NCBI GenBank assembly: GCA_051599415.1 | Contig: AP039714.1 | Location: 62,001 to 126,000 of the forward strand | Origin: Savitreella phatthalungensis | Taxonomy: Eukaryota | Direction: 5' to 3' | DNA: 64,000 bases | Shown: positions 33,701 to 46,300 of the stretch, piece after piece | How positions within the stretch are numbered: position 1 is the first letter of the stretch | How the letters are laid out: every line of letters starts with the position of its first letter | Made by a program: the position numbers and the translations under genes | The notes under the pieces: generated by a model | Told to the model about the DNA's origin: nothing | The model's database searches: none | Seen by the model: only the letters and a program-made list of their open reading frames with translations

Positions 33701-36700
33701 GCTCCGCCGCGATCTGGAGCGACTGGCGCAGGTCCGGTAGTGCGGCAAAGGTCTGTTGAATGGTCGGATGGATGGCGATCGGCATCTCTGCGATGTGGCG
33801 AGCAACGAAGGCGGCTGTACGCTCTGAATTTGCGGCTGCTGCTGCAGCTGCGGCCCCGCCATCCTCGCCGCCAAGGTGCATTTGTCCCATGGCGTCCTGC
33901 AGGTCATCGCCCTTTTCCGGTGACGATTGATCCTGTGGTCTGTTGTTGAGGATGTCGCTAGGTCGAATGTCTGACATGGTGATGTCGAGCTTCTTGCACA
34001 GGACTTCGACCTCGAACTTGAGGTTGAGCTTCATGTCGGCGTGCTCGTAGAGCTCGAGCAAAAGGCCAAGAACGGCCATCGTCCATGGATTCGGCGGCTT
34101 GAAGACCTTTGACTCATGGACCTGCTCCATCACACGGCATACGAATGGCAGTGCGACAATCAGACGCTGGGAGTCATACCCTTCTAGCAGAAGATCTTTG
34201 AGGGAGATCATCTTGTGCAGCAGCGGCCTGTTGCGAGCGATCGTGAGACCGCCGAGCCAGGCTCCGAGGTTCTTCAGATTCGTCCTCTCGACTGTCGATG
34301 TCACGGTATTGTCCGAGTTGAGGAGCGTCGAGATGCTGGCAATCGTCTCCTGGAGCACCTTGTGAACTAGGTGCTCGCTGTCGAGTCCTTCGAGCAGGTG
34401 AATGTACAGAGTGTGGTAGTTGGGCTCGACAGCTGCGCGCTGGGTTACGAGGTGGTGTGCGAACCAGGCGTAGTATGGCTCGACCAGGACAGACGTGATC
34501 TCCTGTAACTTGTCCGAGAGATTTGTTAGGGACATGTTGTTGATGTTGAAGAGGATCTTGTCTGAGGTCTCGACATCGGGTTCGCGATACAGATCGCTGT
34601 TGGTTGAGGAATTGGCGTTCAAGGAACGGAAGGCCGGACGAGCTGCAGCTTCAGCGACCGCTTTCGGTCCTTCATCCACGGGAGCGACCGCTGTGGAAGC
34701 TCGATTGGTTGCGCTCGTTGCCCTGCGGCGGATACCCTCAATCAGCTCCGGCTCGCGCTCAGCAAGGGATCGAATGGCCAGTATCTGCTGGCAGTACTGT
34801 GGCCACTCTGGCACGCGGTCCTTGAAATGCTCGAGCGCACGGACACCGAATTTGAACATGTTCGAATCGGCATCGTGGGAAACTGCGTCGAGGATGTAAC
34901 GCAGCGCGATACCGAGCGGGATGTATGACAGCAGTTGGTTCTGGATCAGGCTGCCGAACAACATGGCCGTGATGTTGAGGGCTGAGAGCGGGTAGTCGGC
35001 AAAGAAGCGATACTCGTCAAACAGGCTGTGGAGCATGCATGCAAAGACGTCCTGGTCACGATTGCCGCCGCTGCGCTTAAGGCTCTGTAGCATCTCGATG
35101 AAGCTTGAGATGTTCATCTCGCCTTCGTAGAGTCTGCCGTAGTAGAACTCGACCTCTTTCTCGACGTCCTTTGCGAACCCATTCGACTCCGTGATGCGAG
35201 TTGCGCTGTTCATGAGACGCGGGTACACCTGCAGACAGGAGCTTTGAACTGACTTGAGGTACTCACCATTCTCGGTCGACATAGCGCTGTTCATGAGTGC
35301 CTTGAGGAGGGTTGCGACGGTGTCGACGCGCAGCGGAGTCGTGACGACATGTCCCTCACTACCTGACTGCTGCTGATGCTGCTGGAGGACGTTCTCGGCC
35401 TCTGCCTTGTGGCTGAGGAAGCTCATACAGGCTTCCATGAAGCCATCGCCGCCGTTCGAGAGTCGCTGCTCGAGCCACTTGTCTAGATTGAGGCTTTCGT
35501 GGGTGGATGCAAAGGCGGCCAGGTCAAGGGCGAAACGATGCGGCTTGAGGATGAGTAGCTGCTCGGTGATGCGCAGCTCTTGCGAGAGCTCGAAGATGCG
35601 GCCGATTGACAGGGGTGATTTTGCATACATGTCGACCAGCTTGCGGCACAGGAGTTCTGCAGACACCTGCCAGAGACGGTAGAAGACGAGCTCGTGGTTG
35701 GTCTGTCCTGAGAAGAAGACCTCAAAGCCCTTCTCTGCGAGCTGTTCCTGCTGCGGCGACCACGGTCGTGGGAGCTGAACGCAGCCGAGGAAGATGAGCT
35801 CCGGTCGAACTTTGCCAGCAGCTTCGAGAAAACCCTTTGCGATACCTGCCGCGTCATCGTTCGACAGGAGCTGCAGGCTGACCTGAAGCATATCAAGGTT
35901 GTTCCATGGTGATTGCTCGAGCTGCTGAGCGAGGTTCTTGACGGCTGGCGGTGCCGCAACAAAGTCTTCAGCCGACAAGACCTTGTTGCTGGCGTCCTGC
36001 CCACTGAAGACATTCGGACTAGCTTGGGCGAGGTGGTGAAGAAGCTCTGCCTGTGCACGTGCATGCTCCCATCTGGTGAAGAGACCATTCACGGCACTTG
36101 GCTTTCCGAATGCAGCCGGAGTCTTCAGGATGTTGACGAGGAGGGCAAGTGCATCTCTGCCGGAGACATGCATGGTGGGCCTGTCAAGTGTGCGGACGAG
36201 CACCGACCAGTCAAGGTCTGGGAAGCGCTTAACGATGGCACGGCCTAGACGATCACCATTCCAGGTGTTTGGTGGTGCACTTGAGCACACTAGGACGGTG
36301 ATGAGGTCTCCGAGCTGGCCGTGAAGGTTGTGTGATGATCCTGTGAGGCCCTTACGAATGAAGATCTGTTCTGCGGAGCTGACTGTTGTCGTTGCTGCGC
36401 CACGCGTCTCGTCGAACAGCTGAGCCACAGACTTGCTCGAGTCATCGAAGTGTCTGTTCTTATTGAGCTCGTCGAAGAACGCCTGGACCTGGGGTGGCAG
36501 GTCTGTTTGGTAGCGTTGGAAGAGGGCGTACTCTGCCACGAATCGCTGTACGCTGGACAGGACGCGTGCACATGCATCGTTGAGCAGGAGCTGTCGGAAT
36601 AATTTGACAATCTCCTCCGGAACGAGCTCCTCTGACTGTGACTTGACACCGATTGCCCTGAGAGCGACTGGGAGTTTATTGGTCAGCTCGGCTGAGGTCT

Positions 36701-37103
36701 CCTCTCGGAGCCTGCCGTTTGCATTTCTGCAGAGCAAGGCGGTCGTGACTAGGCAGATCTGGACCTCGTTCAATTCTGTCGCGCGGAAGAGTTGACCGAG
36801 GTTCTGGAAGTTTGCCGTATCTTCCTCTACGGAGAGGTGTACAGCTTGAGCAAAAGCAGCTACGTGGGTTGGAAGCTTGAGCCAACCCTGGATGACGCGT
36901 GCAAGGAGTCGAAGGTTTGCCGTTGTAGCGTCACCGTTGCCGCGTGAGCCTGGTCTACCGACTGCATTCTGACTGAGTAGACGTCTGTATAGATGTAGCT
37001 GATCATCGCCTGTGCCGTGTCTGAGAGCGTCCCTGAGCTGATCGACGACGGCGTCAGTGATTGGCTGGGCGAGGAGCCTATCGACGTCCTGCCGAACCGT
37101 CAT
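30718..37103 (-). CDS. not1: CCR4-NOT scaffold subunit Not1/Cdc39, interrupted by a 1-nt frameshift at about 32726
   Basis: ORF 32526-37103 carries FALDLAA, CLQVYPRL, DVFACMLHSLFDEYRFF..YP, EPNYH.LY, LKNLGAWLG, FKPPNPW, VVERSVAIA, LVTKDFA, TCKEPLR. ORF 30718-32880 carries the C-terminal NOT domain (FP.F.FAW, QLRNLILSA.P, QLRYPN.HT, LLERLI..RPHPWGLLITF.EL). Adding one A restores DDPRKYN and a 2128-aa protein. Confidence 0.95.
30745..30783 (-). repeat. (CAG)13 pure trinucleotide repeat encoding polyQ at the Not1 C-terminus
   Basis: 13 uninterrupted CTG units on the plus strand. Confidence 0.97.
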
Positions 37104-37636
37104 GCGCCGATGGAAGTGTTAGATGTGTGCTTTCCTCTCTGAGAGAGAAATGGAGACGAGCACTTTTCAGGGTGATTTGCGAGAGTGTCAAGGTGAATGC
37201 CCAGATGGTAGGAGGTTGATGGGCAGTTGACGCGACTTGCCTAGCTGGCTGTGCAGATGGAGGGGGGCAGTGTAGATCTAGGGGAAGGTGCAGGGAGTAG
37301 ATATCTAGAGGGATAGTTTGCGGATGGTGTAGACGCGTTAGTACGTCGGTGTAGACTACCGTGCAGACTGTAGAGTAACTCCGTGTGAGACAGACGGAGC
37401 AGGAAGGTTTGGTGATGATGATTCTGGGTAGTGTCGTCGCTGGTGATGCTGCAGGTAGGTAGGTGTAGGCGTGGGTCTAGGTAGAGGTAGAGGTAGAGGT
37501 CCAGGTAGAGAGAGGTATGCGTGCGTGCGTGCGTGTGTGTCTGACTGCGGCTGCTGTTGCAACTGTGCTTCCAACTGCAGTATACAATAATCTTTCAGAC
37601 AAATGCACGGAACTCACTCGATCGACCGCAGATGTT

Positions 37637-37703
37637 CACGTGTGTTTAAACCTCACATGTGAGGTGATGAGCACGTGACCAGACTTCAACTGTAGATCAC
37701 GTG
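37637..37703. promoter_or_regulatory. E-box cluster upstream of not1
   Basis: CACGTG at 37637, 37672 and 37698, plus the 14-bp palindrome CCTCACATGTGAGG at 37651-37664. Confidence 0.55.
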
Positions 37704-38665
37704 CAAGGAGATCTGACCACCCTTACAGAATGGACTGTTCATGTACTCATGAGTTTAGGCACTCTGAGTCAGCATTCTCATTCAATAGCACATATATACG
37801 CTACAAACCTATATTCACTGTGGAATACGTGATAGTCGCATCGATCCCAGCGATCGCAGTTCATCTGGGGTCGCATTCACAGTCGACCTTGGCGATGTAC
37901 TCAATAAGTCATAAATCGGATGTGCAGACATGTTGCCCACATAGATGGTCAGTGTAGAAAACACGAACGAGATGTATGGCTGACAATAGAGCGGCAAAGT
38001 TGAATCCCGCGTCATCTATTCAGATTGTCACGAGTCTAGTGTCACCTGACTAGACTCTACATTTCCGTACTGGACGACGAAGTCAGACTTGACGTGCACA
38101 ACAGGCAGCAGTATGACGGTGAAGAGTCTAAACACTAGGGTTGGCAATCGAGCGAAGCCCCTGATCAGCTGCAGAAGGATAGAGTCGTTTTTCAACGTGT
38201 TCATGGTATGGACACAGCCTCCGAGTTGACCTGGGAGTATCTGCCACACTGCACGCAGGCGTTCAACAGTACATCACGTAGTCATTTTGATCCACATGTT
38301 CATGTAGTCATCACAGTCGAGTTTCACATCTGAATACTATAAATATATCTATCTATCTCAATATTTAGATGTTCAATTGACCTGGACGCAGATCTGAATT
38401 CAGTTCGGAATTTAAATGATAATTGAGATCGTAATATATACGTTCGAGATATCTCTAAATTTTATATGTAGCTCTATAGGGCAGAGACAAGATGCATGGA
38501 CTACACGTGCGCATATACACGTGAAGACTGAATCTTGCACCTCCCTCCTATCATCTGCTCTCGAGGGTATCGTAGCTGTTATGGCTATCTGGACTCTGAC
38601 TAGTCAGCTGGTCCGACGTTTTACTCACCTGCACTTCCGTTAGATTCTAAGATATATTCTGTTTT

Positions 38666-39568
38666 CTAGACGACCGAGCCACCTTCCCAACCGAGCAGGA
38701 CCCTGTACGATCTCCATTCAGCCTGGACTCTGTAGGTTGCTGATGCTGCGATAATGGCTGTGCAGCCTACGAGCACGAGTGCCCACATGCCTTCGCCTAG
38801 CTGGCCGAGTGTGAGGGCGACGTAGCAGTAGGTCAGGAGGACGCCAAACATGGCGTCGCTGACGGCTGCGAGCACGAGCGTCAGAAACAGGGCTAGCACG
38901 TAGGTGATAAGTCCTGGGTGGAAGCCTGTCATCTTGTATGGGAAGAATGCAGAAGATGCTGTAGAAAATATTAGTCAGTATGAACACTCCACAAACGACC
39001 TTTCAGACAAAGACTTACCATTGTCAACGATATCGAGTATGCCAATGGCCGCAAACATCTTGGCCACGAGATGTGTCTGCATTGCATCGCTTGTCATCTG
39101 CCCTAGCGGACCAAACACGTAGAAGAGCTGTGCGCCTGAGTTGATGAGGACGAAAAGGAGTGAGACCACCAGATGCTTGCTATTCCACGCTAGCATCCAC
39201 AATCCGATGGCGAAGTTTCCGAGCGCAAAGACGGGAGCATACTTGATCGCTTCATCCGGTGGATCTTCTCCAAACTCTCCTTCGACGCCACCGACCTGGG
39301 ACGACAGCGACGGTCCCGTCCGCGTACCCTCGCCAGACACGTGCCGCTTGTAGATCCGGAAGAGCCAGTTGAGCTGGATGCCTGCCTGCCATAGGAAGTA
39401 CACCACAATCAGGGGCGCGTACGGTGATCCGAGCGCATGGTACTCGTCAGCAACATCCTTCATCGACGGCGTGCTGCTCATCCCATACAGCTGGCAAGCA
39501 AAGTTGAACACAAACGACGCAGCAGCAACCCCAAATGCCACATTCGGCCGCAGCGTAGGTACCGACAT
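38666..39568 (-). CDS. Multi-pass fungal membrane protein (possibly DUF1774-like), 2 exons: 39568-39019 and 38958-38666
   Basis: 60-nt intron 39018-38959 (GTAAGT...TACTGACTAAT...CTACAG) joins the 204-aa and 88-aa track ORFs in frame (DN-A-SSAFFPYKMTGF). About 7-8 hydrophobic segments. The family assignment is tentative. Confidence 0.8.
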
Positions 39569-40096
39569 CCTTTTCTCTGATCCTGTCAAGCTCTATAGTA
39601 CGCGACTAATAAATATCGCCCTGAGTGCTGTCTGGAGTGGGTGGAACAAGCGTCGTATAGGATTCAGAAGCCAAGCAATAGACATCTGTACTCTATGACG
39701 TCGAAAAGTGTGATCAATCAAAGGGAGGGATTCAATCTGGCGCAGGTCGAATCAAAACATCCATCCCACCACTGCCAATTGAAGTCTATGTACATAGATG
39801 CACATGTACATGCACGTGCAGATATAGAAACATGTGCTCACTCACCCGCTCGCTCGCCTCATCCACATACACTCACACCTTCTAATCAACCCAGTCACCC
39901 GGCATCTCTTCCATCAAGTTACGCAGGTCGACATTCAATCTGATCTAAGCTGAAGATTGCCATAAGTACGTCATAGGTCTGTAGTCGACGCGAGAGACTA
40001 GTGTGTCTTGCTCGTTCGAGATATGTAAGATTAAGAAGTCGCGTAAGTTGGAGAGATTGTGTTGAGGATCGGGAGTTTCTGGGAAAGGGAGAATGC

Positions 40097-42790
40097 TCAG
40101 ACTCTGGTGAAGAAATTGCTTGGAACCAGACCACGTCTTGATCTCTGTGGTCCTCTGGTATGCTCACCGATCCACCACCCATCTTGCCTGATATCTGTGA
40201 TTGCAAGGAGATCGTCTGCGTTGAAAGAGACTTCCTCAGGCGCTGCTGCAGCGTAGTCGTACAGCGCTCTGGCCATCGTCATGATCACACGCCCGTCAGG
40301 AGTCTTCCCTGGAGAGCTCCCTCGAGCGCTGCTGCCACTACCACCTGTGTGCTGGCGCTGCAGCTGGCTCACACGCTCAGGAGAAACTCGACCGTTCACA
40401 CCACCACCACCACCACCACCACCAACGGCCTCCCTGTCGTGGTAAGACGAACCGTTCGTTCCTGGACGCTGGTCGTGCACAGATCTCTCTGGCGAACCGC
40501 GTGATTGGGATCTCGATCTTGCCCGAGTCTCATACGGAGACTCACCTGGGTAGTGTTGCTGGTGCTGGTGCTGCTGGGTGTACCCGGAGAGTGACTGGTG
40601 TGAGCGTGACCTGCGCTCATCGACGTACCCGTGCGGGTCGCGTGTCGGGCTGAGTGTGCGTGGATGCTGTGATGGCGACTGGAGTGCTGGTTTCGGCTCG
40701 AGTGCTTGACCGTTGTAGCTTCCTCCGGACCGGTGGCTCGCACGAGACGCGTCACTCACCACCGACCCTGCATACCGATCGTACCCGGCCCCACCACGGC
40801 GGGGTTCAGGAGAATCGCGTCCACCGTCTCGTTGCATCGTCGACGCCGTCGAGTTGCTTGCGGAAGTCGTGCTCCGTCTCAAGTCACCAGGCGCGTACCC
40901 GTTCGAGCCCACCTGCTGCTGGTGCTGTGGGGAGAATCGCTCGGGGCTGCCGCCACGACGCGTCGATGCGTCGAGCGCCCGCAGGGTATCGATGCTTGGT
41001 CCTGCTCGAGTCGGACTGCCTCGGCCGTCGACAAACTCGCGCGTAGGCGACGCCCTCGAATCCATTGCCGGCGTTCGCTTTGGAGAGTTCGGGTCAGCAT
41101 TGCTCGATGGTCGAGAGCTCACTTTCAGGCGTTCGAGCGCCGCAGCGATCGGATCGCTCTCGTCGTACGCGCTCCGCGACAGCCGATTCTCACCCTTGAT
41201 CGTTTGGATCGAGTGGCTTGACGTCGACTGACGGAGTGCTGACTGATCGGCGGGAGTGACAGTTGCAGCTGGTGCAGTGGTAGAAGGTTGTTCGGGCTCG
41301 CGTGCAGATGATCTCGACTTTGAGCGTGATCTTGCGGGTCGAAGCGCATCGAAGATCGAGCCACCGGTCTTCTGCGCCTTTAAAGGCGGAGCTGCAGTTG
41401 CGCCGGCGCTAGCACCAGCTCCGACACCATGGCTGCCATTCAGTGCATCGGATGATGGCGCCGATGCCGCTGCCGGTGCGGTTTTTCCCTGACTCGATGA
41501 CGGCCGAGCAAACCACGAAGATCCGTCATCCCGAGTCAAGAAGCTTTTCTTCCTGACGAGACCACCACGGCTTGCCGTACCGTCCCTACCTGACATGAGC
41601 TCCAGACTCGCCTGTGGTGTATGTCGGTTGCTGCTTGGCGGCACTGACGAGTAGACGGATGACGTCGTGATGGCAGATTCCGCCACGCTGTTCGTCCGTG
41701 ATACATAGGTGCCGTTTGAATCTGATCGGCAGAGCTGCGTGATGCCATCCGTCGGGTACGGGTTCACCACAGTCTGCTGAGGACTTGTGCGGAAAGGATC
41801 TGCTCTGCTCTGACTGCGCTGGTGGCTCGGTGTCTGTGACTGCTTTGCGCGTGCCTCATCCTCTGTCATGCTCCGCTGTGGACCAGCCTGCCGTATGAAG
41901 TTTGCGATTGTGTAATCGTGGGTAGAGTCGTGCTCTGCATCCTCTCCAAACGCTCGGAATCTCGGCGGATCCGGTATCTCATTTCCTGTCCTGCGCTGTG
42001 CGACAAAGTTGTCGAGCTCTGCGACGACCTCGACGCGTTCGAGCGACTGACGAATCCGCTCACAGGCTTCGTCATCCGTCACGCAAACAGCAGAGATCAC
42101 ATTGGACAGCGTCCACATGATGCTTTTGAAGCCCGTCAGACGCTCTTCCTCTAGATCCTGGAAGACGTCACAAGCCTGCTTCCACTCCTTGTTCCATTTT
42201 GCGACGGTCTCACTGTACGTCTGAACAGCCTGCCTGTAGTCTGTCTGGGAGACCTTGACGGATTGCTGCACCTTGTCGAGCTTGACGTTGTTCTTGTCGA
42301 GTTCTCTGCCAAGCAGGAGATTCTGTTGTGCGAGATGTCCATTGATCTTCATACAATCACCGTCGTAGCGCTCTTTCAGCCGTCTCACATCGTTGTACTG
42401 GTTCGTCTTGAGTCGCCAAAGTTTTTCAATTGCTGCCTGCTGACCCTTGCGCTTCTCCCTGATGGTGTCTGCTAGCATGCTATGAGCGTCATCAACCTCG
42501 ACCTTGAGCTGCGTTGCCATCTGTGAGTGTTGCTGTGCCATGGAAGCTGTCTCCTGCTTCAGCGTCTCGATCGCTTCATGTACAAAGCCGAGCTCGCCCG
42601 TGCCGAGTGGCTGCCGTGAAAGCTTCGTCAGCCGACGCGCATACTCGTCCTCAATGCTCGCACGCTCTTTATAGTACGCGCGAAGCTCTTCGTTGACGGT
42701 TTTAGCGTCGCTCATACGAGTGATGAGCGCTGTGACGCCTGCGTCATCTTGCATACCCCAGAACTCGTTGGCAAAGCATGTTGTCGACAT
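40097..42790 (-). CDS. F-BAR/SH3 cytokinesis protein, Cdc15/Imp2/Hof1 family
   Basis: N-terminal FCH: FANEFWG..DAGV..L..RM, YYKERASIEDEYARRL.KL, FQDLEEERL, NVISAVCVTDDEACERIR, TGNEIPDPP. Disordered S/P/R linker. C-terminal SH3 ARALYDY.A..PEEVSF...DGWW...GLVPSNF. Confidence 0.93.
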   Translation of the reverse strand: MSTTCFANEFWGMQDDAGVTALITRMSDAKTVNEELRAYYKERASIEDEYARRLTKLSRQPLGTGELGFVHEAIETLKQETASMAQQHSQMATQLKVEVDDAHSMLADTIREKRKGQQAAIEKLWRLKTNQYNDVRRLKERYDGDCMKINGHLAQQNLLLGRELDKNNVKLDKVQQSVKVSQTDYRQAVQTYSETVAKWNKEWKQACDVFQDLEEERLTGFKSIMWTLSNVISAVCVTDDEACERIRQSLERVEVVAELDNFVAQRRTGNEIPDPPRFRAFGEDAEHDSTHDYTIANFIRQAGPQRSMTEDEARAKQSQTPSHQRSQSRADPFRTSPQQTVVNPYPTDGITQLCRSDSNGTYVSRTNSVAESAITTSSVYSSVPPSSNRHTPQASLELMSGRDGTASRGGLVRKKSFLTRDDGSSWFARPSSSQGKTAPAAASAPSSDALNGSHGVGAGASAGATAAPPLKAQKTGGSIFDALRPARSRSKSRSSAREPEQPSTTAPAATVTPADQSALRQSTSSHSIQTIKGENRLSRSAYDESDPIAAALERLKVSSRPSSNADPNSPKRTPAMDSRASPTREFVDGRGSPTRAGPSIDTLRALDASTRRGGSPERFSPQHQQQVGSNGYAPGDLRRSTTSASNSTASTMQRDGGRDSPEPRRGGAGYDRYAGSVVSDASRASHRSGGSYNGQALEPKPALQSPSQHPRTLSPTRDPHGYVDERRSRSHQSLSGYTQQHQHQQHYPGESPYETRARSRSQSRGSPERSVHDQRPGTNGSSYHDREAVGGGGGGGGVNGRVSPERVSQLQRQHTGGSGSSARGSSPGKTPDGRVIMTMARALYDYAAAAPEEVSFNADDLLAITDIRQDGWWIGEHTRGPQRSRRGLVPSNFFTRV

Positions 42791-43207
42791 GTTTGATGAT
42801 CCAAATTGCCTTTAAAAGACAAGCTACAGCGTACAGATTTCTTCAATGCTGTAGCTTTCGAGGACCAAGACAGAAAAAGACGGACGAGCGCAAGTAATTG
42901 ACCTGCCAAAGATCCCTGCGCGCCAGTGTGCCAACCTCTTCCTTCAGAAGCTGAGCCGCGCCTTGAGCACCTTGCCACCTATACAAGCAGTGAACCCACA
43001 AGGAAAGCTTCGTACAGCTGACGGAGCTTGTATATATGACGATATAAGGCCTGTCTAGGCGATATACTGATGTGCTTATTGTCGTCGTCGTCGTTGCAAC
43101 GGCTTTGCTTTGTCGTGCTTGTCTCTTTGAAGCGACATTGTTTTGTTTACTTTTCTTTCCTTCATGCTTGATGAGGCGCAGGCAGGTCAGACGATCTACT
43201 TTGCAAG

Positions 43208-43262
43208 CACGTGATTTGTGGCTTGATATTCACGTGCATCTAGACATCATCACAGTCACGTG
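43208..43262. promoter_or_regulatory. E-box triplet in the cdc15/imp2-rav1 divergent promoter
   Basis: CACGTG at 43208, 43231 and 43257. Confidence 0.55.
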
Positions 43263-43395
43263 TACTTCAGGGTTACGCTTTCCAACAATGACGATACTGC
43301 TCCTCTTCAAGCGTCTATTTACACGCTATCTACGCTTGATATCATGCTTCACATGCCTCTAGATCCATGAGAGTGGGGCATATACGGGCCGAGGA

Positions 43396-46300
43396 ATGTC
43401 AGCAATCGCTCCAGGTGCTCTACTCCCCGTGCATTGCCCTTTAGCGAGCGCAGTCAGACGTGGTACATCATACTTCCTTTGTGCCACCTCTACCGATGTG
43501 TCCGTCCTCGTCGATGCAGATCATCTGGTTCAGCGTCTGCAATGCCATGATAGACCCTGTGCTCTAGCATTTGACCGCCGAACAGGTCTCATTGCTGTCG
43601 CTACGGCTGACAACGTACTCCTATTCGAAGAGCTTTACGATATTGCTACTGACGAAATCCGCTGGAAGGCTGCAGGCAGCATCACGCTTGAAGACAGGGC
43701 AAAAATTGACAGCTTATCATGGGGTACATCTGGAGAGCTGCTCATCTCGGCAGCATCAACACTGATGCTGTACGGGCCCGCTGGCCGAAGATCCGCCGCT
43801 ACTGGCGGGATCGAGATGCTATGTACTTGGCGTTGCGCAGTCGGTGGTAAGGGAGTCCGAGCGACGTTCAGCCCAGACGGCAATCTTGTTGCCTCATTTG
43901 CGGCAGATGATCGTCTCGTCAAGGTCTGGCGTCGACTACCTGACCGGACGTCCTCAACTGTGCCAGGCGGGCGGCAGAGTGACTTTGACTTTGTCTACCT
44001 CAAGCATCCGCGCGCCGTTACTTCTGTCCAGTGGCGCACGCCCGCTCATGAAGATCTGACGGTGGACAATGTGCTCTACACCACGGCGCGCGACGCCGTT
44101 GTCCGCGTCTGGGCAAGTGATATTCCACACGACTCTCACCTGCTCACACTTCATGGACAGGTAGCCCTCACCGAGGCCGGACTTCAGGTTAATCACAGCC
44201 TTTCTTCATCTCCTGTACTCAGTACATCAGCGCCGGGCACTCGTTCCAGGAGAGGCTCTCTGTCGCGTCGCGGAGGCATTGGCACGAGCGTGGCGGCAAT
44301 CATGGACGATGAAGTATTTGCCGCTGCTGTCAAATCGGCGCTCTCACAGTTTGACGAGGCGGCATGTGCTGGTGACGCCCCTCGCAGACAAGCTGCGCAT
44401 CGCCTGAAGCAGCAACGAACGGCTCAGCCGGAGTTACTCCTCTGCATCGGTCTCACTGGTGGGATCGAGGCCCACGCGCTCACTCACATTGGAAGTCGTT
44501 CGCACAAGCCTGCTACGCAGCATCTCATTTTTGCGGACGACAAGGATATTCTGAGATCGCTGCGCCTGACAAGTCGCATCGTCAGCATCGCAGTTGATCT
44601 GTTGAAGCTTGACCGAGATGGTGCCAAGCTGTGCATGCTTATCCGAACCACGGAAGCAGTGCATATATGCGAGCTCGACCTACTCAATTTGTTCACACAA
44701 GGCCGACCGCATTGCCTCCATCCATTGGCGACCATCAGCGGTGCTGCTGGCCCGTTTGGTGGTGTCTGCGCGATCGAAAAGACCGGATCCTCGTCGATCG
44801 ATGTTCGCGGGGACAGCGGGACAGTATCATGGATGATCACTCGTGACGGTCGGCTCGCACGCTCGCAATCGACGCAGACGGTTGCAGAAGAGAGTACAAC
44901 GACTAGACATCTCGAGGACATCAGGCATGAGCTGGCCGCTGAGATTGTGGATAGCATGACGATCGTCATCAAAGCTACTGAACAAAGTGTGATCTCATGC
45001 AGTGATCGACCACTCCACATTCATCGCTTTCAAAGCAAGGTTGTGACCCTCGACTGGCGGGATTCTCAGAGCTCGCCTAGTCTACTAGTCGCAACAGAAG
45101 ACGGGCTCCTGCTTGTTCTGCACCGCACGACCAGCGAAGATACCGGTTTGCCGAACTGGAAAGTTCAGTGGCAAACACATCTGGACATCCTACCGACGCA
45201 TGTCGCTTTCACCGAAGATGGGACCGTCTGGGTAGCGTCACGCGAGCAGCTCATCGCGTACAGCGCTCTCGAGCGTGGAGTTTCTTCGACGGCGGACACG
45301 CCGGCAATGTACAGTCCAGCGACGCTGTACTCACTACTATCGCTCGGCCGGCTCGATGCCGCAAGTGCCGTCCTGCGTGAGCTCTATGATAGCTTACTGA
45401 ACGAGCGAGACTTCCAGCCTGATATGATGAAGGTGCTCGCGAAGGGCAAGGACTCTGAGGTCGATCAAGAGAGCGAAATCATCGATCAATCGATGGCAGA
45501 CTCCCTAAAACAGTTACTCGCGACCTCACCGCCACTGGGTCTGTCCGTCACACAGCTTGATTCGCTAGCAGATATCATCGACGCAGTAGCCTCAGGACAA
45601 GTGGAGGCGTCCAACCTTGACGCGTCGGGTTTCTTGTTTTACGTCTTCTTCGTCCTATCAAACATGCGAGCCGCTCGAACAGCAAGCTCAATCGTACTCG
45701 ACAATGCACATGTGTGGTTTGCTAGGCAATCTGAGACGCAGGAGTCCTTGCTGTCGCTGGTGCGAAAGCCATTCGGAAGTACGCTGACATGGGCAATTGC
45801 GCGCCAGCTTCGACTGTTTGACTGGGTCCGCGAGGACGCCACACTGATCCAAATCGGGGAAGATGTCGCTCGGAGCGAGTTCCTGCATGGCGGGCTACCA
45901 GACGAGATGGATCCCTCGCCGACAGACGTCGCTCCCCAGCCTGCTGCCTTCATTCCTGGCGCGACCACTGGAGAGCGCGATCCCGTGTCGGCAGCGCTCT
46001 GGTATTGGACGCTTCGCCGGCCTGCACAGGTGACGTCGTGCTGGCGACTGGCTTCATCTCATCGCGAGCGCACCCAGACCATGCGTCTCCTGACCTCGAA
46101 TGATTTCGCTCAGCCGAAAGCCCGGACGACGGCGGCGAAGAACGCGTATGCACTCCTTGGCAGGCGCAGGCCCCGGTACGCAGCAGCTTGGTTCATCCTA
46201 GCAAACTCACCGTCAGATGCACTCCAGATCCTTCACCACAGAGCCAGAGATCCACCACTCGCCCGCGCAATAGCCAAACTCTTCGCAATCTCAGCGACCA

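Noticed and set aside
38032..38057. 9-bp inverted repeat GAGTCTAGT/ACTAGACTC
   Set aside because: Isolated short hairpin, expected by chance in 64 kb.
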